Shown here: positions 13,943 to 25,444 of the stretch, piece after piece
Layout of the letters: each line of letters starts with the position of its first letter
Position numbering within the stretch: the first letter of the stretch is position 1
DNA from: Gracilinanus agilis
Taxonomy: Eukaryota
Direction of reading: 5' to 3'
Assembly (NCBI RefSeq): GCF_016433145.1
Contig: NC_058130.1
Span: 708,317,536 to 708,381,535, forward strand
DNA length: 64,000 bases
The notes under the pieces: model-generated
The model's input: only the letters and a program-made list of their open reading frames with translations
Told to the model about the DNA's origin: nothing
Databases searched by the model: none
Position numbers and translations under genes: made by a program

Positions 13943-14850
13943 CTTGGGAAACCCGGCGCCTTCTGGGATCAGCGAGCCGGGGCGGAGCGGCCTAGAGCGG
14001 CAACGGCGCCGCGCCTGGCCATTGGCTAGGGCAAGTCCCACCTCCCTCTGCTCCTTTCGCAGCCCATTGGCTACGATACTCCTCCCGCCAGCATCCCGCC
14101 CACTCGTGGGTAAGCTGTGTTCCCTAATTGGACTTTGACCGCCTACTATAGGTGGGGAGGCGTGATTGAAGTGGCCGGCGGAAATGGTGAGCACGCTTTT
14201 CCGTAGCTCCACCCCACGTGGACAGGCGGAAGAACCTACTGAGAGCCAAGCTAGAGGCCGGAGGCTGTCTCTGTTGTAGCTTTTATTAACCTAGGCCGCG
14301 GCTTTGGGTCTCCAGCCTCTAGTATCCGGCTCCGGCCTCTCCATTGGCGTCCAGATTATTTAGGTGCATCCTTTGGGGCTGGTAACTGCCCCTCCGCAGA
14401 TTCTTCCGCAGGAACAAGATTGTGATCGCCCCCGCTGTGGTCGCGAGTCCCAGGGCCAGCAGTACCCCCACGACGATGGGCACCGGGTCCCTTCCGGATT
14501 CTGCGAGGTCGGGTGAAAGAGGGAGGCTCAGGCTTCCAGACTGCCCGGCCAGGCCTTCGATCCTGCCCTTCCCCACCACCACCACCAGGATCACTCACCC
14601 AACACGGTCACGGTCACTCGTTTGTCCGTCCGGCCCCGACTGCTTGTGGCTGAGCAGCGGTAGTGACCTTTGTGAGCCCTGGTGACCTTCAGGGGGACCC
14701 CGAGGTGCAGGGTCTTCTGATCTTTCTCCCGGGCACAGGCCACGAATGGAGCAGGGTTCCCACTGGCCTTACACTGCATAATCTGCGTGGTCCCTTCTGG
14801 CCAAGTCCAGTTCCCAGGACATTTGGTCTCTTCCAGCCGTGGGCCATCTG
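13280..14850 (-). promoter_or_regulatory. RAVER1 CpG island promoter overlapping the last two ICAM3 exons
   Basis: High CpG density. YY1 motif CAAGATGGCG spans the ATG; GC box GGGCGGAG near 13980; ATTGG (CCAAT) boxes near 14020, 14066 and 14127. Confidence 0.75.
14282..14287 (-). terminator. ICAM3 polyA signal AATAAA
   Basis: TTTATT on the + strand about 30 nt past the ICAM3 stop at 14319. Confidence 0.7.
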
Positions 14851-17800
14851 GGAAAATCAGGAGGTCAGTGCTAGGGGCTGGGAAGACCTTGACTAGCCAA
14901 TTTTCCTTGAATAGCCAAAGAAAAGAGTCAAAGGTGTTTATTCAATTAAATTGGAGATGTATAAAGTGCTTTAATTTAAATGTAGCCTCAGACACTCATT
15001 AGTTTCATGACCCTGTCCCAGTCACTTAACCTCCATATTCCTTAATCAACTGGAGAAGGAAATAGCAAATTAATGGTAGCTGTACAAACAAAAAAAACCC
15101 CAAACCCTATGGAATTAGGATTGACTGAACAACAACAAAGTGTTTAAATCTTGAAGCATGAGTTAGCTGCTATTTTATTTACTTTGTAATTTTTGTTTTC
15201 ATTAATAGTCATTCCCAGGTCTGACCATGTTACTTCAAAAACCTTCAGTGGGAGCAGCTAGGTGGTTCAGTAGATAGAACCTCAGGCCTAGAAATGGGAG
15301 GTCCTAGATTCAAATGTGGATTCAAACATTTCTAACTGTGTGACTGGGCTAATTAACCTCAGTTGCCTAGCCCTTCTCTTCTGCCTTGGAACTGATTTTT
15401 TTTTAAACCCTTAACTTCTGTGTATTGACTTATAGGTGGAAGATTGGTAAGGGTAGGCAATGGGGGTCAAGTGACTTGCCCAGAGTCACACAGCTGGGAA
15501 GTGTCTGAGGCCGGATCTGAACCTAGGACCTCCCGTCTCTAGGCCTGGCTCTCAATCCACTGAGCTACCCAGCTGCCCTGGAACTGATTTTTGATTCTAA
15601 GAAAGGAAAGGGTTTAAAAAAGGAACAACAAACTTCAGTGACCATTATATGTAAGGATAAAATACAAACTTCTGAGACATGGTGCAACCTCTAACACCAC
15701 CAGCCATGTGACCATAGAGGCAAATTACTTCTCTGCACCTCAATTTTCTCATCTGTAAAACAGATTTAATAGATACCTAAAGTAGTTAACTTAACAAGGT
15801 TGTTGTGAAGCAACTCGAGATTTTAAAAATTACATATTTATATAGTGATTACTATGTGTTAGGCACTGTGCCAAGCACTTTATAATTATCACAACCCTGG
15901 GAGGTAGGTGCTGCTCTTATTCCTATTTTTCAGATGAAGAAACTGAGGCAAATAGAGATTCAATGACTTGATTCACTGCTAGTGAGTGTCTGAGGCTGGA
16001 TTTGAGCTAAGGTTTTTCTGGCTCTATTCAGGACATCATCCATGAATTTTTTTTTTAATTCTTCTGCCTTAGAATTTATAAGAAGTATCAATTCAAAGGT
16101 AGCAGAGAGGTAAGGGTTAGGCAGTTAGGGTTAGTTGACTTGCCCAATGTCATACAGCTAGGAAGTAGGTAAAGTCAAATTTGAACCCAGGACCTCTTCA
16201 GGTCTGCTCTCTAATCCACTAAATCACCTAATTGCCCCTACCACCTATAAAAGTTTATGAATCTTAGGTATTTTTAACTTCCACAGGCCAACTCCAACCT
16301 ATGTCCAGCCTTCTATAATCTCCTTCCCCTTTACATAGCTTTTTTCAACCAAAGCTATTGCCTATACTGTCTGTCTCCCTTGCAATACCCATCTTCCCAC
16401 ATGGCCTGTGTTTAAATCTGGCTTCAGATCGCTTTCTAACTGTGTGACAATGGGCAAGTCAGCTAGCCCAATTGCCTTGTCCTTGCCATTCTTCTATCTT
16501 AAAATTGATCCTAAGAAGGGAAGAGTTTAAAAAAAATAAGGAAAAGAAAAGAAAGATATATGTATCATCTCATCCAAATAGTACCTTTGAAGGCAGCAGG
16601 TATGGTGCCTTTCATTCTTTATATCTTCAGGGCCACTATAGGACTCTGAATTTAGTAGTACTTAATATGTATTTCTTGAATTGTCTGGGCAGCACAAGAA
16701 ATTGGTGGTCAAGAGGCTGTACTTACATAGGACTAGAAGCTGAAGGCTCTTGTTCCTCCATAATTTCTCTCCCATCAGTTCCAGGACAGCTTGGCAGGTA
16801 AACCAGTACCCATCATATTCCTCAGTGGCTGTCAGGGAGAGCTGGGCAATCTCACCAGGTGAAAAGAGGGTGCCATTTATCAATACCCTGGCCCCTACCA
16901 GTGCCTCACAGGTCACATTCACTAAGGTCCCTTCAGGTACAGTGGGCTGGCTGATCACCAGGTTAGGTAGAGGGAAACCTGAGGAAAAGGATAAGGGACC
17001 ATTTTGGTATCCAGAGAGAGCTGAGCAGGGCCTTGACTTTGTCTTTGCCCTTGCCCTACCACCTCCCTCTGTCTCAGCCCCATCAGGTTGTGACTCTCCT
17101 TACTGTAAATGGTCAGATTTCCATGGACTTCTCGGTTTTGATTCCCTAGAGTCACGTTGCAAGTCAGCTCCCACTGGCCCTCTCTCTCTCCCTCTGCAAT
17201 GGCTGCTATGGCTGTGGCCCTGAGCATGTCCTGGCCCCGGGTGACTGTTAGACTCAGGTTTCTCCCTCCCAGGGACAGATAGATTTGGGCATCCTCCACT
17301 GGAAATAGCTTGTCAATCTCGCAGCTTACAGTGGTCTCCTTGCCGATCTCCAGAAGTTTAGGGGCTGTGAGGTGAGGGGGATCCTGGCCTAGGACTGAGA
17401 GGACAGGAAGAATTAGAAGAGAGAAGTTCAGACAGGTGGGAATAGAATGTGAAGGGTACTGGTACCTGTCCCCCTTTTGCCATCCCTCACCAAATGTGTG
17501 GAGCTCCACAGGGATCGAACTGTTCTGATAGAGGACTAAACCTTGTGGTCCCAGGTCCAGCTTCAGCTCTGCTCTGCAAGAGAAGTTGGCTTTGTGGTTC
17601 TCTCTACTGGCTGTGGCTGTGACTGTGATCTCTGCTGCCTTTTCTGGGCCTTGTTCAGAGACTGACTGCCTGCTCAGTTCCTGAGATCCTTGAAACAGTG
17701 CCACTGTCAGGTTTTGTCTGGGTCTCCCACCCAACACTTGGCATCGAAGGCTGAAATTCTGGCCGACAGAGATCCATGGATCCAGAGGTTCAAGCGCCAC

Positions 17801-20800
17801 ATATTCTGGTGGCTCTGGAAAGAGGAAAGAGAACCCCAAATGGACTGTGGGAGTAGAGGATTGCCTAGTTTCCCACTACCTCCTCCTAGTGGATAGGTTC
17901 AGCTTTGGACAGATTACAGTGAAACTTTTTTTTTAAACCCTTACCTTCCACCTTAGAATCAATTCTATCTATTGGTTCCTAGGCAGTGGTAAGGTATAGG
18001 CCAGTGATGACAAACCTACGACACACGTGTCAGTGCTGACATGTGTAGCCATTTTCAATGACATGTGGCCACATGCCGAGGATGAAACATTTGATGTAGT
18101 GTAGACACTGTGCACTATAGATGACAATTCTACCAATATTAATTTACCTATTTTGGTTTACTAAATATAGTTGCATATCATAATTATACATTTTTGTTAT
18201 TTAAACTATAAATATCATGTAATTATGTGTTTTTTTCTTCTTGAAATGACACACCACCTGAGTTATGCTCGTTTTTTTGGCGAATTTTGACACACCAAGC
18301 TCAAAAGGTTGCCCATCTCTGGTATAGGCAGTGGGGGTTAAGTGACTTGCCCAGGGTCACACAGCTAGCAAACATCTGAGACCAGATTGAACCTAGGACC
18401 TCTCATCTCTAGGCTTAGCTCTCAATCCACTATGCTACCCAGCTGCCCTCTGAAACTCTTGATTTAAGAAGACCTTCAAATACCCTTCATGACCTTGCCT
18501 CCTTCTACCTCTCCAGGCTTCCTTTACTTTGCTCTCCTGCTAAGTGCTTATTTGATCTAGTGACACTGGTCTCCTGGCTGTTCAAGGAACAAGACGCTCT
18601 ATATCTAAGCTCTGGGCATTTTCTCTGGTTTTTCCATGCCTAGAAAGAACTCCCTCCTACATTTTGACTACTGACCTCCCTGGCTTCCTTTAAGTCTTCT
18701 CTTAATTCTAGTGCTTTCCCATTGTTAATTATTTCTTATTTATCCTGTCTATCCTATCTTGTTTTGTATAGATTTCCATGTTGTTCTTTCTATTCAATTA
18801 TAAACTTCTCGAGGGCAAGGACTGTCTTTTGCCCCATTTTGTATCACCAGCTCTTAGCACAGTGCCTGGCACATATAGGCACTTGATAAATGTTGACTGA
18901 TTGTCTGAGTCTAGTTTTTAAACACCTCAACATTCATTTTAAAATCTTTTATTAGAACTAATAAAGGCTTTTTCTGGTTAAGTTGATCAAACTTTTTAAA
19001 ACCTAGCTTTTTAACTCAGTAAAAGGTTTAAATTAACACCATTTTTTGTTAAACCCTGAATATACTTTCCTAGGTGTTCTGTAATCAACAGATTTTCCTA
19101 AGTGCTGTGTGAAGAAGAGTAAATGTTCTTTCTCAAGGTCATCATGCTTATTGAAAATTGTTGGCTGGCCAAGAAGGAGGCAATAACTTGGTCAGGAGGT
19201 TATAAAACCCTAGATTTACAACCAGAACAGACCTTAGAGGTAGACCATCTTGTCCAACCCTTCATTCTACAGATGAGGAAACTGAATATGTACTAATTTT
19301 CATATAGCTGCTTCTGACCTCTCAATTTCATCTTGTCAGTCACAGGGCACATGTCCTGTAGTCATTTGTGTTATACAACCTTTCTAGATCCCACTGACAG
19401 ACCTTAGGACAGAAAGCCCACCCCTTCAAACACCTGCCAAAACAGTGGGTCATAAACTGGCAGAACACTAGGACTTTCCTGTCAGACCCGGACAGATGTA
19501 TAACTTGAACATATCCTAAGGGCATTCATTCCTGAGAACACCCCCACCCCACCCCCAGAAATAGCCAGTGAAGTCGAAGTCAACTTGTCCTCTACGCCCC
19601 CTCCTTCCCCAAACCTGTAAGACCCAATATCAACCCCCCCACCCTCAGGTGGGACTGCTTTGCCAATTCTCTTGGCAACAGGCTCCCCTTTACTACCTTT
19701 TCCCTCCTACCCTATGGGACTCTTAGCTATCTATTGGAATGGAGCTCCCCATCACCGCACCTCTCCTTCACACACCCCTTTCTTCCATTAAAGATTTGCT
19801 ATATTACCTTACTCTCCTTGTCTCTTGGGTTGAACCCCCATCAGTCAGACTGACCCCTACATGTCATGGTTCACTGGAGGCACATGATCTCTGCTCCACA
19901 TGCCCCAGTCATTCCCACTCCAGAACCCTATCGAACCCACAGACTTCATGGCACATTCCCTCACCTGTCCCACAGGCCATGGCAGTCTTGCCTGAGAAGG
20001 GGACATTGCTGGCTCAAATAGTCTGAGGCAGCTAGACATAACCACTGGTCCTGGAGTCAAGAAGATCTGGGTTCAAGTTGTGAGATAACTTTAATTTCTC
20101 TGACTCACTTTTTATTATTTAATAATGATTATAAATTAAGATACAATCTCCAGATCATTTAATCAACAAAATCTAGCCTCAGATAGCTGGGCACATCACT
20201 TAACCTCTGCCTTAGTTTCCTCAACTAAAATGGGGGTCATTGTACCATCTGTCTCCCAGGGTTTTTATGAAGATTAAATGAGATATTTGTAAAGCATTTA
20301 ACATAGTGCCTGGCACCCAAAGGGCACTCAATGAATGCTTGTTTCCTTGCTAGTCATCTTATGATGAGAGAGGATGACCAGTTCCCCCAGGCCTTAATAG
20401 GGTCTCTTGGGTTAGGAGGAAAGGAGACCTCGAGGTTAGGGGTGCTAGAATGATCCCAGAGATAATAATCCCAGGAGTGGTTGCCATAATGCCAGTGAAA
20501 GCTATTGAAAGACTTCGAGGTCAGGCACAGGGAGGCCATAGGAAATACATTTGCCTCTGCCCAGGAAATTTGCTCCTTATATTGATAAACCTATAGCAAA
20601 GCTCTAGTTGTTTGGTCCTAGGTATAGTTTTGGGGCCATAGTCACTAATGGTGTGCCACCATCTCTCCCTGCCCCCCCACACCCAGATACTTACGAATCA
20701 CAGTGATAGTGGTTCTGTGGACCATCTGAGGTTCCCCAAAGCAGTTGGCAAAGCAGAGGAGCTGGGTATCCTGGATCACGTTTCTCAGTAGGAATTCTTT

Positions 20801-21347
20801 CCATCTGGTCCCATTGGCAACTTGTGTCTTGTTAAGTGGAGTCTCCAGGCCAATGTATTGTGGCTGGTCACAGTTTGTACTGCAGTTCACCAGCAAGTTC
20901 CCCCCAGGAGCAGTCACTGGGTCTGGGGGTTCTATCCATATGATCCCTGGAACCCCTGAAAAAAGAGACATGGGCAACTGCCTCAGGCTCTCTTTTTAAG
21001 GACTTTCTTCCTGGCTTACCAAGTGTCTGGGCCCCTTTCTTACTTCCACCCACATTCCCCTTCGGACACACAAAACCCCCCTTGCCCTCTGAGGAAATCA
21101 TCCTCTCCTGGGATTAAGCCGGGTTAAGTTAATGGGTACTGCTCTCCAAGTTATCCTCATCTCTGGGCCCCCAGTACAAAAACCTGGGTCCCTCTGTCCT
21201 CTCTTTGCCTTTTCTCAAAGCTAAAAGAGAATAAGGGCCCTGGGACCTACAGGGGGCCCTCTCCCTTGCCTGGGTCTCACCTGAAAGCATGAGGGCAAAC
21301 ACCAGCAGGTTTAGGGAAGCCTTTGGCCAAGTCTTGGGGTGTGCCAT
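14319..21347 (-). CDS. ICAM3: Intercellular adhesion molecule, ICAM3 orthologue by synteny; 541 aa, signal peptide, 5 Ig domains, TM and tail
   Basis: Exons 21347-21281, 20955-20695, 17814-17491, 17394-17104, 16978-16727, 14847-14599 and 14500-14319, all phase 1, totalling 1626 nt. D1 has CSTNC..CFANC and the integrin-binding IGLETPL motif. 14 N-x-S/T sequons counted. TM is PIVVGVLLALGLATTAGAITILFL and the tail has RRGSY. The gene lies between RAVER1 and TYK2. Confidence 0.88.
15401..15578 (-). mobile_element. Young SINE1_Mdo-like SINE (short-tail variant) nested in an older SINE1
   Basis: TSD TGGAACTGATTTTT at 15387-15400 and 15579-15592. Near-identical to the copies at 25066, 29974 and 53526. 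Confidence 0.85.
17927..18448 (-). mobile_element. SINE1_Mdo-like SINE split by a hAT MITE
   Basis: The SINE halves rejoin across the GTATAGGC duplication. Confidence 0.8.
18002..18321. mobile_element. Non-autonomous hAT DNA transposon (hAT1/nhAT1-like)
   Basis: TIRs CAGTGATGACAAACCT ... AGGTTGCCCATCTCTG; perfect 8-bp TSD GTATAGGC (17994-18001 and 18322-18329); GACAC(A/G)CGTGTC-type subterminal repeats. Confidence 0.9.
19357..19861 (+). mobile_element. Solo LTR in ICAM3 intron 2
   Basis: TGTAG...CTACA termini; TSD TGTCC/TGTCA (4 of 5 match); ATTAAA about 70 nt before the 3' end. Confidence 0.7.
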
Positions 21348-21399
21348 GCAGGGCCTGCAGTGAGTAGGAGATAGAAGAATAAACACAGCAAAGTGAGGC

Positions 21400-21480
21400 T
21401 TCCTTCTGGCTTCCGGCAGTGGGGATCGGCGTTCCTGCTGAAATGCTTCTAAGCAGGAAGATTTCTACCTCAGAGGAAAT
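21400..21480 (-). promoter_or_regulatory. Putative TATA-less ETS-rich ICAM3 proximal promoter
   Basis: CTTCCGG 21410-21416, TTCCTGC 21432-21438, CAGGAAG 21454-21460 and GAGGAA 21473-21478 lie just upstream of the ATG. Short motifs only. Confidence 0.35.
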
Positions 21481-24400
21481 AGCTCCTGAACTCCCAATTC
21501 CCAGCCTGGAGGCTGCTCAGTGAGCATAAGAGTATGAAAGATGGGACCAAGCCCATAAGACAATTTTCCAATTCCAACAGAAGCATCTCTGATCTGTATG
21601 AAATCACTAGTCCCCACCCCCAACAGGAAGCCACCAGCCCTTGGCCAACAGTTAGGGTTAGGCCTTCTTCCTTTCTGCTAAGCAAGAGACTTGAATGGTA
21701 GAGCTAGAGTGGGGGAGGAGGGATTGATTGTCCTCTGGACAATGTTCACTGCCCAGCTTTGGTGCCCAGGGCTGGACTCATTCTGTTTCCTCTTTGCACT
21801 TCACATGCTTCCACAATGGGGGAATAAAAAAAACAAAACAACAAAACCAACCTCAGGGAGCATTTAGGGCTAGAGAGCAGGACAAAGAACTATGGGTGAA
21901 AGAAGCCTTTTAAGCTTGGTGTCAGCAGCAAGGACCTACCTGTTAGAGGTAACCCCAAGCAGGACCAGCTGCCTTCAGAAAGAAGGTTCTCCGGCCCACT
22001 GGAAGTTTTCCAGAAGAAGCAGGATTACTACTGGTCACAGATGCTTAAGTGTGAATTCTTTTTCTGGTATGAGTCGGGCCAGATGGCTGCCGAGGTCCCT
22101 TCCAACTCCTAAATTCTGGTCTGATTTTACAGAGATGAAAAATGAGTTCCAGAAGGGTTAAGTGACTTGCTCAGTCATGTGGGAAGTAAGTTTTTTGATC
22201 CAGATCAGATCCCAGGGCCTCTAGATCCATAATCATTCCTTTTCCCACTCAATCACACTGTTCTCAATTGATTCAAAGGAAGGAAGGAAGAAAAGAAAGA
22301 AACAAGCTCTTAGCATTCACTGTGCGATGCTAAGCATATTTTGCAAATATTTCATTTAATCCACAACCCTAGAAAATAGGTGCTATTATTACCCCCATTT
22401 TACAGTTGAGGAAGCTGAGAAAGACAGATTAAAGCGATTTACCCAGGTCACACAGCTAGTCTGAGGTCCACATTTGAATTAGGGTTTTCCTGATTCCAAG
22501 GCCAACACTATCCACTCAACCCCTTAGCTGTCTCTGTTGTATGGAAGAGTTCATAAAGAAGAAAGCCTTTATAATAGCTTTGTTCTGGCATCCCTATCCT
22601 GTTATCAGTGATCACTAGAAAGTGATTTAGAAGTTAGAAACCTGGGCTATTGTCAGGATTCTTGACTCTCTTCCTTTTCCCTCAAACTCTTTCAAGAAGG
22701 TGAGATATCTAACAGCTTTATCACTAAGCATCATAAATATTTTCTGAGCACATGTGAAGAAGCTATGGATAAGAAACGTTATGTTCTTGGGAACAGCAAT
22801 GACATGGTGAGTGCTGAGGCTAGAGCATTGGGTAGGAAGCCCAAATTTTATCTTTTTCCTGCTATAGATCTGACTGGGCTAGAAAGGGGTTGTCTCAAGA
22901 GCACAATCTACTTCTGAGACAGGCAGGTGGAGAAATGGATAGAGCACAGATCCAGAAGACCTGAGTTCAAATCCAGCTTAGGCACTTATTAGCTACATGA
23001 CTCCTGGCAAGTCATTTAACCTATTTTCTCAGCTGTAAAAAATGTTAACAATAAGAGCACCTACTTCTTAGGAATGTTGTGAAGATCAAATGAGAGAATA
23101 CATGGAAAAGACTTAGCACATTTTAGGCACTCTAGAATAGTTAGCTATTATCCTTTTTATTGTAACAGTACCACATCTGACATTTCCATAGCCTTTTAGG
23201 GCCTACAGATGCCTTTCCTCACAACAACTTTAGGAGGTAAGTCATGGAAATATTACTCTTCTCACTTTACAGGTGAGGAAACTGAGACACCAAAATGACT
23301 TGCCCAGGGTCGTAAAGCTAGAAAGTTGCAGAGATAAGACTCAAATTCAGGTCATGGCAAATGCTCTTACCTACACTGAGCTGCTTTGTGATATATATAG
23401 TGAGTTTTTGTCCTCCCTTTTCTGCTACTAAGTTTTGGGAGGGCTGGATCGCGTGGAATTAGGTCTGTTTTGCTTTAAATCCTTGTTCCATCATAAACAA
23501 GCATTTTGCATTTTAGACTTCTCCCTCTCCTTCCAGCTCCCACCACTCTTGCAGACTCAGCCAAGCTTCCCCTTCTCTCTACCCAAGGAGACAACATCTT
23601 GGACCATCTTTTTGTTACTGGGGTTTGCACCATCTCTCAATCATTCCCATGCTGGTTCTAGAGGAGGATTTAGGATAATCTTAGCTCCTCTTCGATGATT
23701 CCCAGTTCTCTCCTCTGTCACCAAGACTTAGCAATCTATCTCTTTTTCTGTGTATTATGTGTGGGAGGGGAAGGGGGTGTGGAGGAAGAAGAAAAGGGAA
23801 TAACAGTTTATCAAGTGTCAGGCACTGTGTTAAGCGATTTACAAATATCTCTTCGGCTTCCAGGCTTGTTAAAGTTTGCGTGCTGAAGAATGAACAGGGA
23901 CTGAGGCTAGGCAAGCAACTTCACAAAAGTTCTGATTTATTATACATTAGAGAAAGATTTTTATCTAGAGTAGAATGCTAAGCATTACATCATATTTAGG
24001 AGGCGTTTCTTTCCCACAGAATATTGTTTATGTAAAAGCATGAACCAAAACATTTTTTAAGACTTCTCTGTAAACCCAAGAATTCAATGGGCCAGAGTTC
24101 ATTCCCAGATATCTCACCTGCTACTTGCATAAACAACTTTGCTGTGACCTTCAACAGAACACAGAGGTGTCTCTGGGAAAATTATTTGTGGCCTTTTTCT
24201 CCCTGGATCAGACCCCAACATTTATTCATGGCTCTTTTCTCACTGGATCAGACCCTAACATCTCTTTGACCTTATCATTATTTCATTTCACAATACTCCT
24301 GTGAGGAAGATGCTATTATCAGCCCTGTTTTGTAGTTGAGGGAACTGAGGCAGATAGGGATTAAGTGATTTGCCCAATCAAGTGTCTGAGGCTGGATTTA

Positions 24401-24581
24401 AACTCAGAGCTCTGTCCACTGGGCCACCTAGCTGCCTATCCAGATGTATCACTCAATCCATATCCTGGGAGTCATCTATTCTCTTCTTCCTCAAGTAACT
24501 TAGTACCTGGCTCAATTCTTTGAGCCACCTCAACTCTTGCCTTTTACGCAAGGGGATTTCAACATTGCCACTGATGTTCCC

Positions 24582-25444
24582 TGTAGGGTTCCAGGTTAAA
24601 ACAAATCATGAAAGTATTAAAGATGCATTCAGTAGGTGACTCTTATGAGCAATAATATGCTCGTGTACCAGACTTCTGGATATATTTCTAATATTTCACA
24701 TAATTGATTTCTGGATCCTTGCATTGAATCAGGGCTCAAATCTTGTGGTACTCTGATCCCTTCCCACACCTGCAGTCAGAAGGTCAAATGAACCTCTGAG
24801 CTGGGCACTGGCTACTACACTGTCTTAGTCTTCATCTCGTTTATCTTGTTGTTTACCAAGCTGATGCTAAATTCTCTACCATGTCACATGTTTAATCAAC
24901 TATCTCCCTCTTCCCCATTCCTCAAAACTTCATTAAAAATGTTTTCACCTGTAGTTCGCTCTCTCATACCATCAGAAGAGCAATTGACAGGCTGGACGCT
25001 ATGCCGATGAATCCTGTGTCTCTTCGCCTTTTTTCTTGCCTTATATCCTCACTTCCTTAATCTTTTTTTTTTTTTTTAATTTTAAACCCTTAATTTCTGT
25101 GTGTTGACTTATAGGTGGAAGAGTGGTAAGGTTAGGCAATGGGGGTCAAGTGACTTGCCCAGGGTCACACAGCTGGGAAGTGTCTGAGGCCGGATTTGAA
25201 CCTAGGACCTCCTCTCTCTAGGCTTGGCTCTCAATCCACTGAGCTACCCAGCTGCCCCACTTCCTTAATCTTTAAACCCTTCCACCTAAATTCCCTCAGT
25301 CCCCAGTTTCTCTTTCAGGTGGTCAACCCATGTAAGAATATCTTGTTACAATATCTTGTAATGTAGCTGGTCAGCTACATTAAGAGTCAGCTATTGAATG
25401 CATCTTTAATACTTTCATGATTTGTTTATACCTGGAACCCTACA
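24582..25444. mobile_element. Unclassified TG...CA element with 64-bp terminal inverted repeats and a 5-bp TSD
   Basis: Left arm 24582-24645 and right arm 25381-25444 match at 60 of 64 positions. TSD TTCCC at 24577-24581 and 25445-25449. About 655 bp after removing the nested SINE. Confidence 0.85.
25066..25257 (-). mobile_element. Young SINE1_Mdo-like SINE
   Basis: 16-bp TSD CACTTCCTTAATCTTT at 25050-25065 and 25258-25273. Confidence 0.88.

Noticed and set aside
13943-14212. 90-aa GTG-initiated extension of RAVER1
   Set aside because: GC-rich promoter sequence is often open by chance. The conserved protein starts at MAADVS.
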